This document shows positions 9,539 to 18,134 of a DNA stretch of 64,000 nucleotides, piece after piece. The stretch spans positions 8,183 to 72,182 of the forward strand of contig CAYIYR010000003.1 in NCBI GenBank assembly GCA_964367815.1, given 5' to 3'. The translations under genes were made by a program, and so were the position numbers. How positions within the stretch are numbered: position 1 is the stretch's first letter; each line of letters starts with the position of its first letter. Source of the stretch: an uncultured Eubacteriales bacterium. GTDB taxonomy: Bacteria > Bacillota_I > Bacilli_A > RFN20 > UBA1709. The notes under the pieces are model-generated. The model had not been told where the DNA came from, searched no databases, and saw only the letters and a program-made list of their open reading frames with translations.

Positions 9539-11002
9539 GTGATTCATTTGAATAGTACCTTTATTTTTTCTGATTCAAACAAACGTTATCATACCTTTGA
9601 CTACTATTTGAAACACAAATATGGTAGAAAGGTATTTAAGGTTGCTCTTGATGCCGGCTTTACTTGTCCCAATCGAGACGGAACTATAAGTACAGGCGGT
9701 TGCATATACTGTTCAAAATACGGGAGCGGAGAATATGCTGGCAATCGAAGCTTGGATCTACTAAAGCAATACGAAGAAGGCAAAGCTAAAATGCTGAAAA
9801 AATGGCCAAATTCCCTGGTAATCGCTTATTTTCAAGCGTTTACTAATACTTATTCATCCATTGATTATTTAAAGAAATGTTATGAGCCATTTATTGGTAT
9901 GAAAGATGTTGTTGGCATAGCTATAGCGACACGACCAGACTGTCTAAGCAAAGACATTCTTGACTATCTTGAAACAATTAACAATAGGACCGATTTATAT
10001 GTGGAGCTTGGGCTTCAAACAGCGTTCGATTCCACTGCTGAAATAATAAACAGGGGCTATCGTTATTCTACTTTTTTAGAAGCAGTAAGACAGTTAAACA
10101 TGCGACGAATAAATATTATTGTCCATTTGATTAATGGATTGCCCGGTGAAAGCAAGGAGATGATGCTAGAAAATGTAAGACGGATTTCATCACTCCCTAT
10201 CTCCGGAATTAAATTGCATTGTCTGAATATACTAAAAGATACCGTCCTTTTTGATATGTACAAGAATGGCAAAACCAATGTCATGACAAAGGAAAAATAT
10301 CTGGACATAGTGTCCGATCAATTAGCATTAATTCCACCCGCTGTCACAATTGAAAGAATAAATACCGATTCAAAACGAAGCGATTTAATTGCTCCACTAT
10401 GGAATGACAAGAAGATAGCAGTATCAAATGATCTTGATAAATTAATGATGGTTAAGAATATATATCAAGGAGATAAATACAATAATTCTACTAATTTAGT
10501 ACTATATTCTCACTTTTTAACTGATTTAGTAGTTTCGAAAGGTCTTGTCGTTGATGCAACCTTAGGCAATGGACATGACACATTATTCCTCATAAACAAT
10601 TATAAAAAGGTTATTTCTTTTGATATTCAAGAGTTAGCCATAAAGCGAAGTAAGAAGCTTTTAGATGGTTATGCAAACATTGATATTATAAAAGATAATT
10701 TCATAAATATACCTAAGTATGTAAACCAGCCAATAGATTGTTTAATTTACAATCTTGGATTTTTACCTGGCAGTGACCATAAGATTAAAACAAATCCGAC
10801 TGATGTAGTTTTATCTTTAAAAAACACACTGCCTATGCTTTCCAAAGGTGGCGTATGCATTGTAGTATCTTATACGCAGCACGATGATGGATTAGAATAT
10901 GCAGCGATTTTGCATTTTGTAAGCAATCTACCGCATTATAAGTTCATAATTACCAAATTCGAGACTGAATATGTTATAGAAATCAAAAAAAGTCCAGTAT
11001 AA
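9539..11002 (+). CDS. Fusion protein: TIGR01212/YtqA-type radical SAM enzyme (MnmL-like, aa ~1-310) + YtqB/MnmM-type SAM methyltransferase (aa ~320-487)
   Basis: N-part: GFTCPNRDGTISTGGCIYC, AYFQAFTNTY, ATRPDC, ELGLQT align with my recollection of B. subtilis YtqA. C-part: VVDATLGNGHDTLFL, FDIQELA, YNLGFLPGSDHKIKT align with B. subtilis YtqB. One uninterrupted frame; GTG start (alternative). Confidence 0.85.
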   Translation: MIHLNSTFIFSDSNKRYHTFDYYLKHKYGRKVFKVALDAGFTCPNRDGTISTGGCIYCSKYGSGEYAGNRSLDLLKQYEEGKAKMLKKWPNSLVIAYFQAFTNTYSSIDYLKKCYEPFIGMKDVVGIAIATRPDCLSKDILDYLETINNRTDLYVELGLQTAFDSTAEIINRGYRYSTFLEAVRQLNMRRINIIVHLINGLPGESKEMMLENVRRISSLPISGIKLHCLNILKDTVLFDMYKNGKTNVMTKEKYLDIVSDQLALIPPAVTIERINTDSKRSDLIAPLWNDKKIAVSNDLDKLMMVKNIYQGDKYNNSTNLVLYSHFLTDLVVSKGLVVDATLGNGHDTLFLINNYKKVISFDIQELAIKRSKKLLDGYANIDIIKDNFINIPKYVNQPIDCLIYNLGFLPGSDHKIKTNPTDVVLSLKNTLPMLSKGGVCIVVSYTQHDDGLEYAAILHFVSNLPHYKFIITKFETEYVIEIKKSPV

Positions 11003-11008
11003 CTGGGC

Positions 11009-11248
11009 TTATTTTTGCTTTAATGCAGTTGCTAATTGATCGGGACAAGAAGTATTCTTAGAGCCACATCTTATTCCCTTTAGTTTCGCAACCACTTCAT
11101 CGGTGGGCATTCCTTCAATCAATCGGCAGATACCTTGTAGATTGCCATTACAGCCTCCGACAAAGGAAACGTTATGTACTTTGCCATCAATCACATCATA
11201 ATGTATCTCTCTGGAACAAGTTCCGGTAGTCTTATATGTACAATTCAT
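11009..11248 (-). CDS. TIGR03905-type 4-Cys TSCPD-domain protein
   Basis: 79 aa; GTCSREI...GGCNGNLQGI...RCG...TSCPDQLA pattern. Confidence 0.7.
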   Translation of the reverse strand: MNCTYKTTGTCSREIHYDVIDGKVHNVSFVGGCNGNLQGICRLIEGMPTDEVVAKLKGIRCGSKNTSCPDQLATALKQK

Positions 11249-11320
11249 AGATACTCCCCCTAAACTTTTTTTATTATATCTTGTTAATTATGATGATGCA
11301 AGAAAATTGCTTAACCATTC

Positions 11321-13114
11321 TTAACCATTATTATCTTCTAAGGTATAATTCTTTGCTTGAGTATGAAATAACTTATAATATAAACTATCGTGCTTTTTCA
11401 TTAAATTTGTGTGAGAATCATAATCTGTAACTTTTCCACCATTTAAAACTAGTATTTTATCGCAGAATATTGATGAACTCATTCGGTGAGAAATATAGAT
11501 TGCTATTTTATGCTTTACTAGGCAATCAAAGTTTTCATATATTTCTGCTTCTGCAAGAGGATCTAAAGCACTTGTAGGCTCATCAAGAATAACTAAAGAT
11601 GAATTCTTGTGCAAAGCTCTAGCAATTGCCACTTTTTGTGCCTCTCCACCAGATAATTCGATTCCTTTTTCATCAAAGGATTTTGAATAGAGTGAATCTA
11701 TGCCTTCGTCTAGTGAATCAAGTTTCTGTTTCAGACCAACCAAGCATGCTTCTTGATAAGCTTCATCCTTGTGCAGATTATCACCCGCTATATTCTCGCC
11801 AATTGAATACGCAAAGAGCTTATAATCTTGGAAAACAGCAGATATTTGACTTTCGTACGAGATAAACTCATATTCTGATATATTTACACCATTAACATAG
11901 ATTTGTCCGCTAGAGGGCAAATAAAGGCGGCATAATAACTTTATAAGCGTTGTTTTGCCAGCACCATTAAGCCCAACTATTGAAATTCTTTCGTTTTTAC
12001 CAATTTTAAAGCTAATATTGTCAAGAATTAATTGCTCACTGTGGGGATAATGGAAGGAAACATTTTTGAATTCAATAGAATCAATTGTTCCTTCAAATAT
12101 CTTTTGGCCATTTTCGACATTTTCCTTTAGGTTCGCTAATTCTGTGAACGGTTTGAGATACTCTAATGACTTGAGTAGAGCTATTGCCGACTCTAAAGTG
12201 GTTTGAAGACTAGTAGTTAATGCTACCGCGCTGGATATATATAAGCTAAAACTGCCAATAGATAAATGATCTGTTAATGTTTTTATAGCAATAAATACAT
12301 ATAAGAAGCCACGATGAATCTTGTCTACAGTTCCAATGATACTTTCGAAAAAGTAGATGTTTTTATTTATTTTAAAGAAATATTTGCTGATTTCATCACA
12401 ATAAGCAGTAAATTTTTCATTTAGCATATTCCCCATATTGAAGAGACGAAAGTCCTTTCCGTAAGCAGGCAGCGAAATAGTGTTACAATAGTAGCCGAAT
12501 TTACGATTTATAGGAATCAAATCACGGTAAAACTTTAATTCATACTTTGAGCAGAGAATTTTCACAACTACATAGATTCCTACAACTAGTATTGTTACAG
12601 CTACTACTATTGGGCTCAATGTAAACAATATGGCACTGACAGAGATAATGGTAATTGCTGAAGAAACAATATTCGAAATAGCATTTTGCATGCCCCAGAA
12701 AACGCCTTGATTGTTAATGGCGAATTTCGATCTCTCCATTAAATCCAAATAATAAGGATCTTCAAGGCATTGGAAAGGCAAATTCATCATTTTAATTGAT
12801 ATGTATTGATTCATTCTTTGGTTCATTCGTACACTTTGAGCATCGATAAGGGTTGTATAAAGCTTATTCAATACATTTAGGACTAGATTAACAAGAACGA
12901 CAATTAGTGCCAGTTTCAAGGCCTCTTGATATGATTTAGTTACAACACCATCAAGGATAAATTTAAGAGAATAAATGCTGAATAGCGTAACTCCGGTTTG
13001 AACTAAAGAATAAATTAAAACCGTAAGGTAGAATAATTTATACTGTTTAAAAGAAATGCGAAGAAAAGTCTTGAAGACTTGCCACCTACTGATGTTATTT
13101 GTCATCTTGCTCAT
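11321..13114 (-). CDS. ABC exporter, fused permease/ATPase (subunit 2 of a heterodimeric pair)
   Basis: N-terminal 6-TM domain; Walker A GLNGAGKTT, signature LSGGEAQK, Walker B LVILDEPTS, H-loop ISHR. Overlaps the upstream partner by 20 nt. Confidence 0.9.
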   Translation of the reverse strand: MSKMTNNISRWQVFKTFLRISFKQYKLFYLTVLIYSLVQTGVTLFSIYSLKFILDGVVTKSYQEALKLALIVVLVNLVLNVLNKLYTTLIDAQSVRMNQRMNQYISIKMMNLPFQCLEDPYYLDLMERSKFAINNQGVFWGMQNAISNIVSSAITIISVSAILFTLSPIVVAVTILVVGIYVVVKILCSKYELKFYRDLIPINRKFGYYCNTISLPAYGKDFRLFNMGNMLNEKFTAYCDEISKYFFKINKNIYFFESIIGTVDKIHRGFLYVFIAIKTLTDHLSIGSFSLYISSAVALTTSLQTTLESAIALLKSLEYLKPFTELANLKENVENGQKIFEGTIDSIEFKNVSFHYPHSEQLILDNISFKIGKNERISIVGLNGAGKTTLIKLLCRLYLPSSGQIYVNGVNISEYEFISYESQISAVFQDYKLFAYSIGENIAGDNLHKDEAYQEACLVGLKQKLDSLDEGIDSLYSKSFDEKGIELSGGEAQKVAIARALHKNSSLVILDEPTSALDPLAEAEIYENFDCLVKHKIAIYISHRMSSSIFCDKILVLNGGKVTDYDSHTNLMKKHDSLYYKLFHTQAKNYTLEDNNG

Positions 13115-14912
13115 CTCCCTCTTGATAATACTTGCCTTGAACAGTGAACATGTGATAATACTGCCCTTTCATGCCAATTAATTCGGCGTGAGTGCCATAT
13201 TCTTCCAATCCACTCTTTGTAAAGAATGCTATATGATCACAGAATTTTGTGCTTGATAAACGATGGGAAATATAAATGGCAGTCTTATGCTTGACTAATT
13301 CATCAAAATCGCTATAAATATTAGCCTCGGCCAAAGCATCCAAGGCTGCCGTTGGCTCATCCAAAATAACCATATTAGCGTTCTTGTAAAGTGCACGCGC
13401 TATTGCGAGCTTCTGAGTTTGACCACCAGACAAGTCTACGCCATTTTCTTCAATTACTTTTAGTAATTGGGTGTTATATCCTTGTGGTAAACTTTCAATT
13501 TTCTCTTTCATGCTTACTTTAGCAATACACTCTTTGCCAAAAGAAATTGCCTCTTCCGATTTATCATTGCCAATAATGTTCTCAATGACACTGCAAGCGT
13601 AAATATGAAAATCTTGAAATACGACCGAGAACATTTTGTAATACTCGTCAGCATTAAATTCAGTTATATCGATATTGTTGATAAATATCTTCCCACTTGT
13701 GGGCTTAAATAAACCACAAAGTAGTTTTATTATAGTGGTTTTACCTGCCCCATTGATTCCTACGATGGCAAGTTTCTCACCTTTATGAATTGTCAGGTTT
13801 AAATCTTTTATGATCTCGACATCGGAGTTAGGATATTTGAATGATACGTTTTCAAACCTAACTTCTAATGTCTCTTGACTGGGCAAAGCTAACCGGCTTC
13901 CACTTGGAGAGTAATAGCACTTGTCATCCATTACTGAATAGTATTCGGAAGACATATTTAGATTATTTTTGATTGATGCTAACTTGGCGCTTAATAATCG
14001 TAAGCTTACGCCCAGTTGAAGAACAGTCGCTAAAAACATTGACATATCACCTATAGTTATAGCTCCATCAAAATAGCCCTTGATAATAACATAATAAGCA
14101 GCAGCATCAGTAATTAGCATCATGATTACTTCCGCTAATGAAACCTCATAACCAAATATTTTGATTTTCTTCGTTAATTTATAATAAACTTTCGATTTAT
14201 CATCATAATTCTTTTTTAACTTTTCCTGCATATTGTATACGCGAATGTCTTTCCCATAGGCAAAGTCATAACAGGTGTCTTGATAATAGCGCTCTTTTCT
14301 TTCGGCATTAGCTACTATTTCTCTCCTATTGAATTCATATTTCTTGGCTATAATGCCAACAATGACTGAAACGGCAGCGCTAACAAAAGAAATGATAATA
14401 ATCAGAGGATTAAGCGTCGATAATAAAACAACATAAAGAATAATGGAGCAAATAAAAGGCATCATTTGATACAAATCCGAATAAACCGCCTGAAATCCGC
14501 GACCATCTCCATCTAAAGCCGAAAAACCTACTCTGATACGATCAAGCGCTTTTGAGTCTTCGTTAAACTTGTATTCCATTCTCATTATTCGATCATTAAT
14601 ACGAATTATTTCATATACCCTAATCGATAGGAAGTTAGCATAACTAACGTCATTGCCGATATTTTGAACAATAATGCAAACAATTGCTATCAAAGTATAA
14701 CCAATTCCATATTGCCAAATACTATCAATACTATTATTAGTAATCGCATCGATAATTAACTTTGGCACTATAACAGAGATTGCTAAAAGGACACCGCCAA
14801 AAACAAAGTTTGCCGTATACCAAACAAAAAGAAACCATTTTTTCTCTTCACAAATTAATTTAAGTTGCCTGGCTAAAACTTTCCAAGCTGACATCTTTCT
14901 TGTCGGTTCCAT
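13095..14912 (-). CDS. ABC exporter, fused permease/ATPase (subunit 1 of a heterodimeric pair)
   Basis: Walker A GINGAGKTT, LSGGQTQK, MVILDEPTA, ISHR. Start set to the ATG at 14912, which follows GGGGAG by 6 nt; the ORF-track start at 14930 lacks an RBS. Confidence 0.9.
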   Translation of the reverse strand: MEPTRKMSAWKVLARQLKLICEEKKWFLFVWYTANFVFGGVLLAISVIVPKLIIDAITNNSIDSIWQYGIGYTLIAIVCIIVQNIGNDVSYANFLSIRVYEIIRINDRIMRMEYKFNEDSKALDRIRVGFSALDGDGRGFQAVYSDLYQMMPFICSIILYVVLLSTLNPLIIIISFVSAAVSVIVGIIAKKYEFNRREIVANAERKERYYQDTCYDFAYGKDIRVYNMQEKLKKNYDDKSKVYYKLTKKIKIFGYEVSLAEVIMMLITDAAAYYVIIKGYFDGAITIGDMSMFLATVLQLGVSLRLLSAKLASIKNNLNMSSEYYSVMDDKCYYSPSGSRLALPSQETLEVRFENVSFKYPNSDVEIIKDLNLTIHKGEKLAIVGINGAGKTTIIKLLCGLFKPTSGKIFINNIDITEFNADEYYKMFSVVFQDFHIYACSVIENIIGNDKSEEAISFGKECIAKVSMKEKIESLPQGYNTQLLKVIEENGVDLSGGQTQKLAIARALYKNANMVILDEPTAALDALAEANIYSDFDELVKHKTAIYISHRLSSTKFCDHIAFFTKSGLEEYGTHAELIGMKGQYYHMFTVQGKYYQEGDEQDDK

Positions 14913-15083
14913 ACTATCTCCCCAATTCATAATCTAAATAATACGATTCGAATAGCTGGATGTAAAGCAACTAATCGTTGCCTCTATTATGCCACTTTAT
15001 ACATACAAAAAAAGAACGCATCAGTTGATGATATGTTCTTTTTTCTAACTTGTTAGTTGAATTTAATTCGACCTATGGTTGAT

Positions 15084-15839
15084 CTACTTGAGAATCGGAT
15101 TGACATAACGGTTTCTCTTCTTAGTTGATTTACCATATTGTATTGATTGAACTGGGCAGCGATGAATGCAGGATAAACAGCGTGTACATTTTGATTTAAT
15201 CCACTTGGGCCTTCCATCTTTCATCACTATCGCCTCGCAGGGACAATTTTCAACACATTGTCCACATCCAATACATTTGTCATCGGCCCAAAACTTCTTA
15301 GTCGACATACCTCCGCGATAGAATCCATATAAAGCTTTAGTAAACAAATAGCCATTAATCCCCTTTGAGAACTCGATAATCTCCCTCTTATTAATAGAGC
15401 TTGCAATCTGTTTCATTCTTTCTTCTGCGGCGCTTAACAATGATTCTTGTAACTCATTTGAAGGAGTATCGTACATTAATACATAATTATCGGGCATTGT
15501 TATCTGATAGGAAGCATTGATTTGAATTGCTTTTTTTATCAAAATCTTTGCAAACATCCGATCCGCTTGTCCACTGTTGCCACCACAAGTTAGCACGCAA
15601 TAAAAATAATTCTCTTTATTATTAAAGGATACTTTAGTTGCAAACTCTTCAACGATTGAAGGAATACCAAAAAAATAGGTTGGGAAAACAAAGCCCACCT
15701 TTTCCTTAGGACCTAAATCATAATCAAATTGATTCTTTTTCATTGCTAAAGCTATATCAATAATCGTGTCATTTGTCATCTGAGCCAAACGACTTGCAAC
15801 ATGTAAAGAATTACCAGTGCCTGTAAAGTAAAAAATCAT
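15084..15839 (-). CDS. EFR1-family ferredoxin (flavodoxin-like N-domain + 2x[4Fe-4S] domain)
   Basis: MIFYFTGTGNSLHVA N-terminus; CIGCGQCVENCP and CTRCLSCIHRCP cluster motifs. Confidence 0.75.
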   Translation of the reverse strand: MIFYFTGTGNSLHVASRLAQMTNDTIIDIALAMKKNQFDYDLGPKEKVGFVFPTYFFGIPSIVEEFATKVSFNNKENYFYCVLTCGGNSGQADRMFAKILIKKAIQINASYQITMPDNYVLMYDTPSNELQESLLSAAEERMKQIASSINKREIIEFSKGINGYLFTKALYGFYRGGMSTKKFWADDKCIGCGQCVENCPCEAIVMKDGRPKWIKSKCTRCLSCIHRCPVQSIQYGKSTKKRNRYVNPILK

Positions 15840-15850
15840 AGCTATCCTTT

Positions 15851-15874
15851 CAAGAAAGCCCCTCTATGAGGGGC
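15851..15874 (-). terminator. Terminator downstream of hpf
   Basis: GCCCCTC-ATA-GAGGGGC followed by TTTCTTG on the minus strand. Confidence 0.7.
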
Positions 15875-15878
15875 AATA

Positions 15879-16412
15879 CTATTCAACTTCTATTAAACCA
15901 TAGCCACCATTGTGTCTTTTATAAACGATGGCAACTTTATTTTCCTCATCATCCTTGTAGACATAGAATTGATGACCTAATAATTCCATGTTCCCGATTG
16001 CTGTTTCTAAATCCATCGTTGTAACATAGATAGATTTGGTTTTTACAGGAATATCAGCATCAACATCGACAACATCTTCGATTTCATCTAAAACAAATGA
16101 TTTGCCTAAATTTTCACGATGACGTCTGTCCATCTTGGTCTTTGCCCGGCGAAGTTGATCTTGAAGCTTATTGATAACATCATCAATTGCATCATACAAA
16201 TCGCGGTCAGTAACTTCTCCTCTAAGAATAGCGACTTTGGTTGGAATTGTTACTTCAATTTTGTAGCCAGTTGGCACATCATTGATAACTACGCGACACT
16301 CGGTGGTATCTTTAATTAAAAGATATTTCTCCAATGCGGAAAGTTTCTTCATCACCCGTTCTTCGGTAGTCTTCGAAATAGACCTGTTAGTACTTGTAAT
16401 TTGATATTTCAT
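15879..16412 (-). CDS. hpf: Ribosome hibernation-promoting factor (long form)
   Basis: 177 aa; N-terminal sigma-54-modulation/RaiA fold sequence and a C-terminal dimerisation domain (...HQFYVYKD...VAIVYKRHNGGYGLIE). Confidence 0.9.
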   Translation of the reverse strand: MKYQITSTNRSISKTTEERVMKKLSALEKYLLIKDTTECRVVINDVPTGYKIEVTIPTKVAILRGEVTDRDLYDAIDDVINKLQDQLRRAKTKMDRRHRENLGKSFVLDEIEDVVDVDADIPVKTKSIYVTTMDLETAIGNMELLGHQFYVYKDDEENKVAIVYKRHNGGYGLIEVE

Positions 16413-16529
16413 ATGAAAAATCTCCTTCCACTTAAATTATAGTATAATTTTAATGATTTTAAAAGTACTCAATCAACATTTAAAATCTCGATAGTAAAAA
16501 ATGTTCACATCTATACAAAAAGACAACGC

Positions 16530-17690
16530 CTAAGCGTTATCTTTAAGAAATCTTTTTAATTCATCAACCTTGTCAAGTTTTTCCCAAGGTAAATCCAAGT
16601 CATCTCTACCAAAATGTCCGTAGGTTGAGGTTGCCAAATAAATTGGGCGTTTCAATTGAAGCATTTCGATTATTCCTCTTGGAGTTAGTTTGAAACAATG
16701 ATAGATTGCTTTCTCTATTACTTCATCACTGACATGAGCTGTGTGGAAAGTTTTGAATGATACTGAGGTAGGTTCAGCTACACCAATCGCATAGGAAAGT
16801 TGAATCTCTATTTTATCCGCTAAGCCCGCTGCAACAATATTTTTGGCGATGTATCTAGCCGCATAGGAAGCACTTCTATCAACTTTTGTTGGGTCTTTAC
16901 CACTAAAAGCACCACCACCATGACGAGCATATCCGCCATAGGTATCGACAATAATTTTACGCCCTGTTAATCCGGTATCTCCAGCCGGTCCACCGACTAC
17001 AAAGCGACCAGTTGGATTAACAAGCACTTTATAATCAGTATTTAAATGATTTTCTTCAATGACTTCCTTAATAATAACCTCTTTTATGTAGTGCTTAAAT
17101 TCTGCATCATTGGCATCTTGACGATGCTGGACAGAAATCAAGACACTATCCACTCTTAAATGATTATAATCAGCATAATCAATCGAAATTTGTGATTTCA
17201 TATCTGGCAATGCCCATTTGAACTCACCACTTAATCTCTTTTGATTGGCTTTTTTAACTAATTCATGAGCGAGGTAGATTGGTAATGGCATGTAACACTT
17301 TGTGTCTTTACAAGCATAGCCAAACATCAAGCCCTGATCTCCAGCGCCAATTTCTTTATTGGCACGGTTAACACCCATCGCAATATCAGGCGATTGAGCT
17401 TTGATTACAACTTCGATCTTGCATGTATCAGCATTAATGCCAATTTCTTCACTGGTATATCCAATGTCACGCAATGTTTTTCTTGCAATAGCCTCATAAT
17501 CAATTTTACCGATATTTCCCGTTATTTCGCCACCAATTATTAATAATTGAGTTGTAATAAAACACTCACAAGCCACATGGCTATCAGGATCACGGCGTAA
17601 ACACTCATCTAGAATAGCATCAGAAATTTGGTCACAGATTTTATCTGGATGACCTGGTCCTACTGATTCGGACGTAAATAATCTTTTCAC
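16530..17690 (-). CDS. metK: S-adenosylmethionine synthetase
   Basis: (V)KRLFTSESVGPGHPDKICDQISDAILD, GAGDQGLMFGYA, GGGAFSGKDPTKVDRS. There is no ATG near the conserved N-terminus, so GTG at 17690 after GAAGGGGG is taken as the start. The ORF-track extension to 17771 covers the riboswitch terminator. Confidence 0.95.
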   Translation of the reverse strand: MKRLFTSESVGPGHPDKICDQISDAILDECLRRDPDSHVACECFITTQLLIIGGEITGNIGKIDYEAIARKTLRDIGYTSEEIGINADTCKIEVVIKAQSPDIAMGVNRANKEIGAGDQGLMFGYACKDTKCYMPLPIYLAHELVKKANQKRLSGEFKWALPDMKSQISIDYADYNHLRVDSVLISVQHRQDANDAEFKHYIKEVIIKEVIEENHLNTDYKVLVNPTGRFVVGGPAGDTGLTGRKIIVDTYGGYARHGGGAFSGKDPTKVDRSASYAARYIAKNIVAAGLADKIEIQLSYAIGVAEPTSVSFKTFHTAHVSDEVIEKAIYHCFKLTPRGIIEMLQLKRPIYLATSTYGHFGRDDLDLPWEKLDKVDELKRFLKDNA

Positions 17691-17716
17691 TTTTAAAAAC
17701 CCCCTTCGGATTTCAA

Positions 17717-17868
17717 CAAAAAACTTCCTCCGAAGGAAGCTTAAATCTTTATGCTTCCTCTTATCGATCAAGTGCTATATAACTTGCTGGGGATTAAGCA
17801 CCTACTTTCTTGCGAAAGGGTTGCTACCATATCATTGATTCCCTCAATCTCGTGGTTCTGAATAAGAG
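17717..17868 (-). promoter_or_regulatory. SAM-I (S-box) riboswitch with terminator/antiterminator expression platform, controlling metK
   Basis: Minus strand: P1 CTCTTAT...ATAAGAG, GAGGGA, GCAACC, GGTGCTTAATCCCCAGC. Then alternative hairpins GGAAGC..GCTTCC and CTTCCT-TCGG-AGGAAG plus TTTTTT (17717-17742). Confidence 0.92.
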
Positions 17869-18050
17869 TTGTTTTCTGTTTTATCGTTCTTATTATAGAG
17901 ACAATTAATCTCCTTGTCAACTTCTTTACTCTTATCAAATTCTTTTCTTTCAAGCCCTGATATCTTAGATATCAAATCTAAGTCCATTCCCATTTCTAAA
18001 AATACTTTTGCTAATTTTAACTGTTGTTGTTTTCTTTCTTCCTTGTTCAT
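17844..18050 (-). CDS. Doubtful small ORF (68 aa) with a helix-rich N-terminus; possibly a gene remnant
   Basis: ATG at 18050 after GGTGAT. MNKEERKQQQLKLAKVFLEMGMDLDLISKISGLERKEF resembles C-terminal tails of Rpn/PD-(D/E)XK transposase-like proteins. The 3' half overlaps the metK promoter and riboswitch P1, which argues against it being a normal gene. Confidence 0.2.
   Translation of the reverse strand: MNKEERKQQQLKLAKVFLEMGMDLDLISKISGLERKEFDKSKEVDKEINCLYNKNDKTENNSYSEPRD
17892..17920 (-). promoter_or_regulatory. Consensus sigma-A promoter for the metK riboswitch transcript
   Basis: TTGACA - 17 nt - TATAAT on the minus strand, about 24 nt upstream of riboswitch P1. Confidence 0.75.
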
Positions 18051-18134
18051 GTTTATCACCATAATCATTATGGTCTTTCTTTATTAAAATAAACATTTCT
18101 GCTACAATATAAATAATATTTGAGAGGTACAGAG

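Noticed and set aside
13095-13114. Possibility that the two ABC half-transporter ORFs are one frameshifted gene.
   Set aside because: Each ORF has a complete TMD + NBD with all motifs (Walker A/B, signature, H-loop). A 20-nt overlap is normal for heterodimeric exporter pairs.
17691-17771. N-terminal extension of the metK ORF, and the 61-aa ORF 17768..17953.
   Set aside because: The region is the terminator/antiterminator and aptamer of the SAM-I riboswitch. MetK homology starts at the GTG at 17690.
18040-18134. Possible PhoP (Pho-box) repeats upstream of phoA (CTTTAT-N5-TAAACA before TGCTACAAT).
   Set aside because: Only one half-site resembles TT(A/T)ACA. This is too weak to call by eye.
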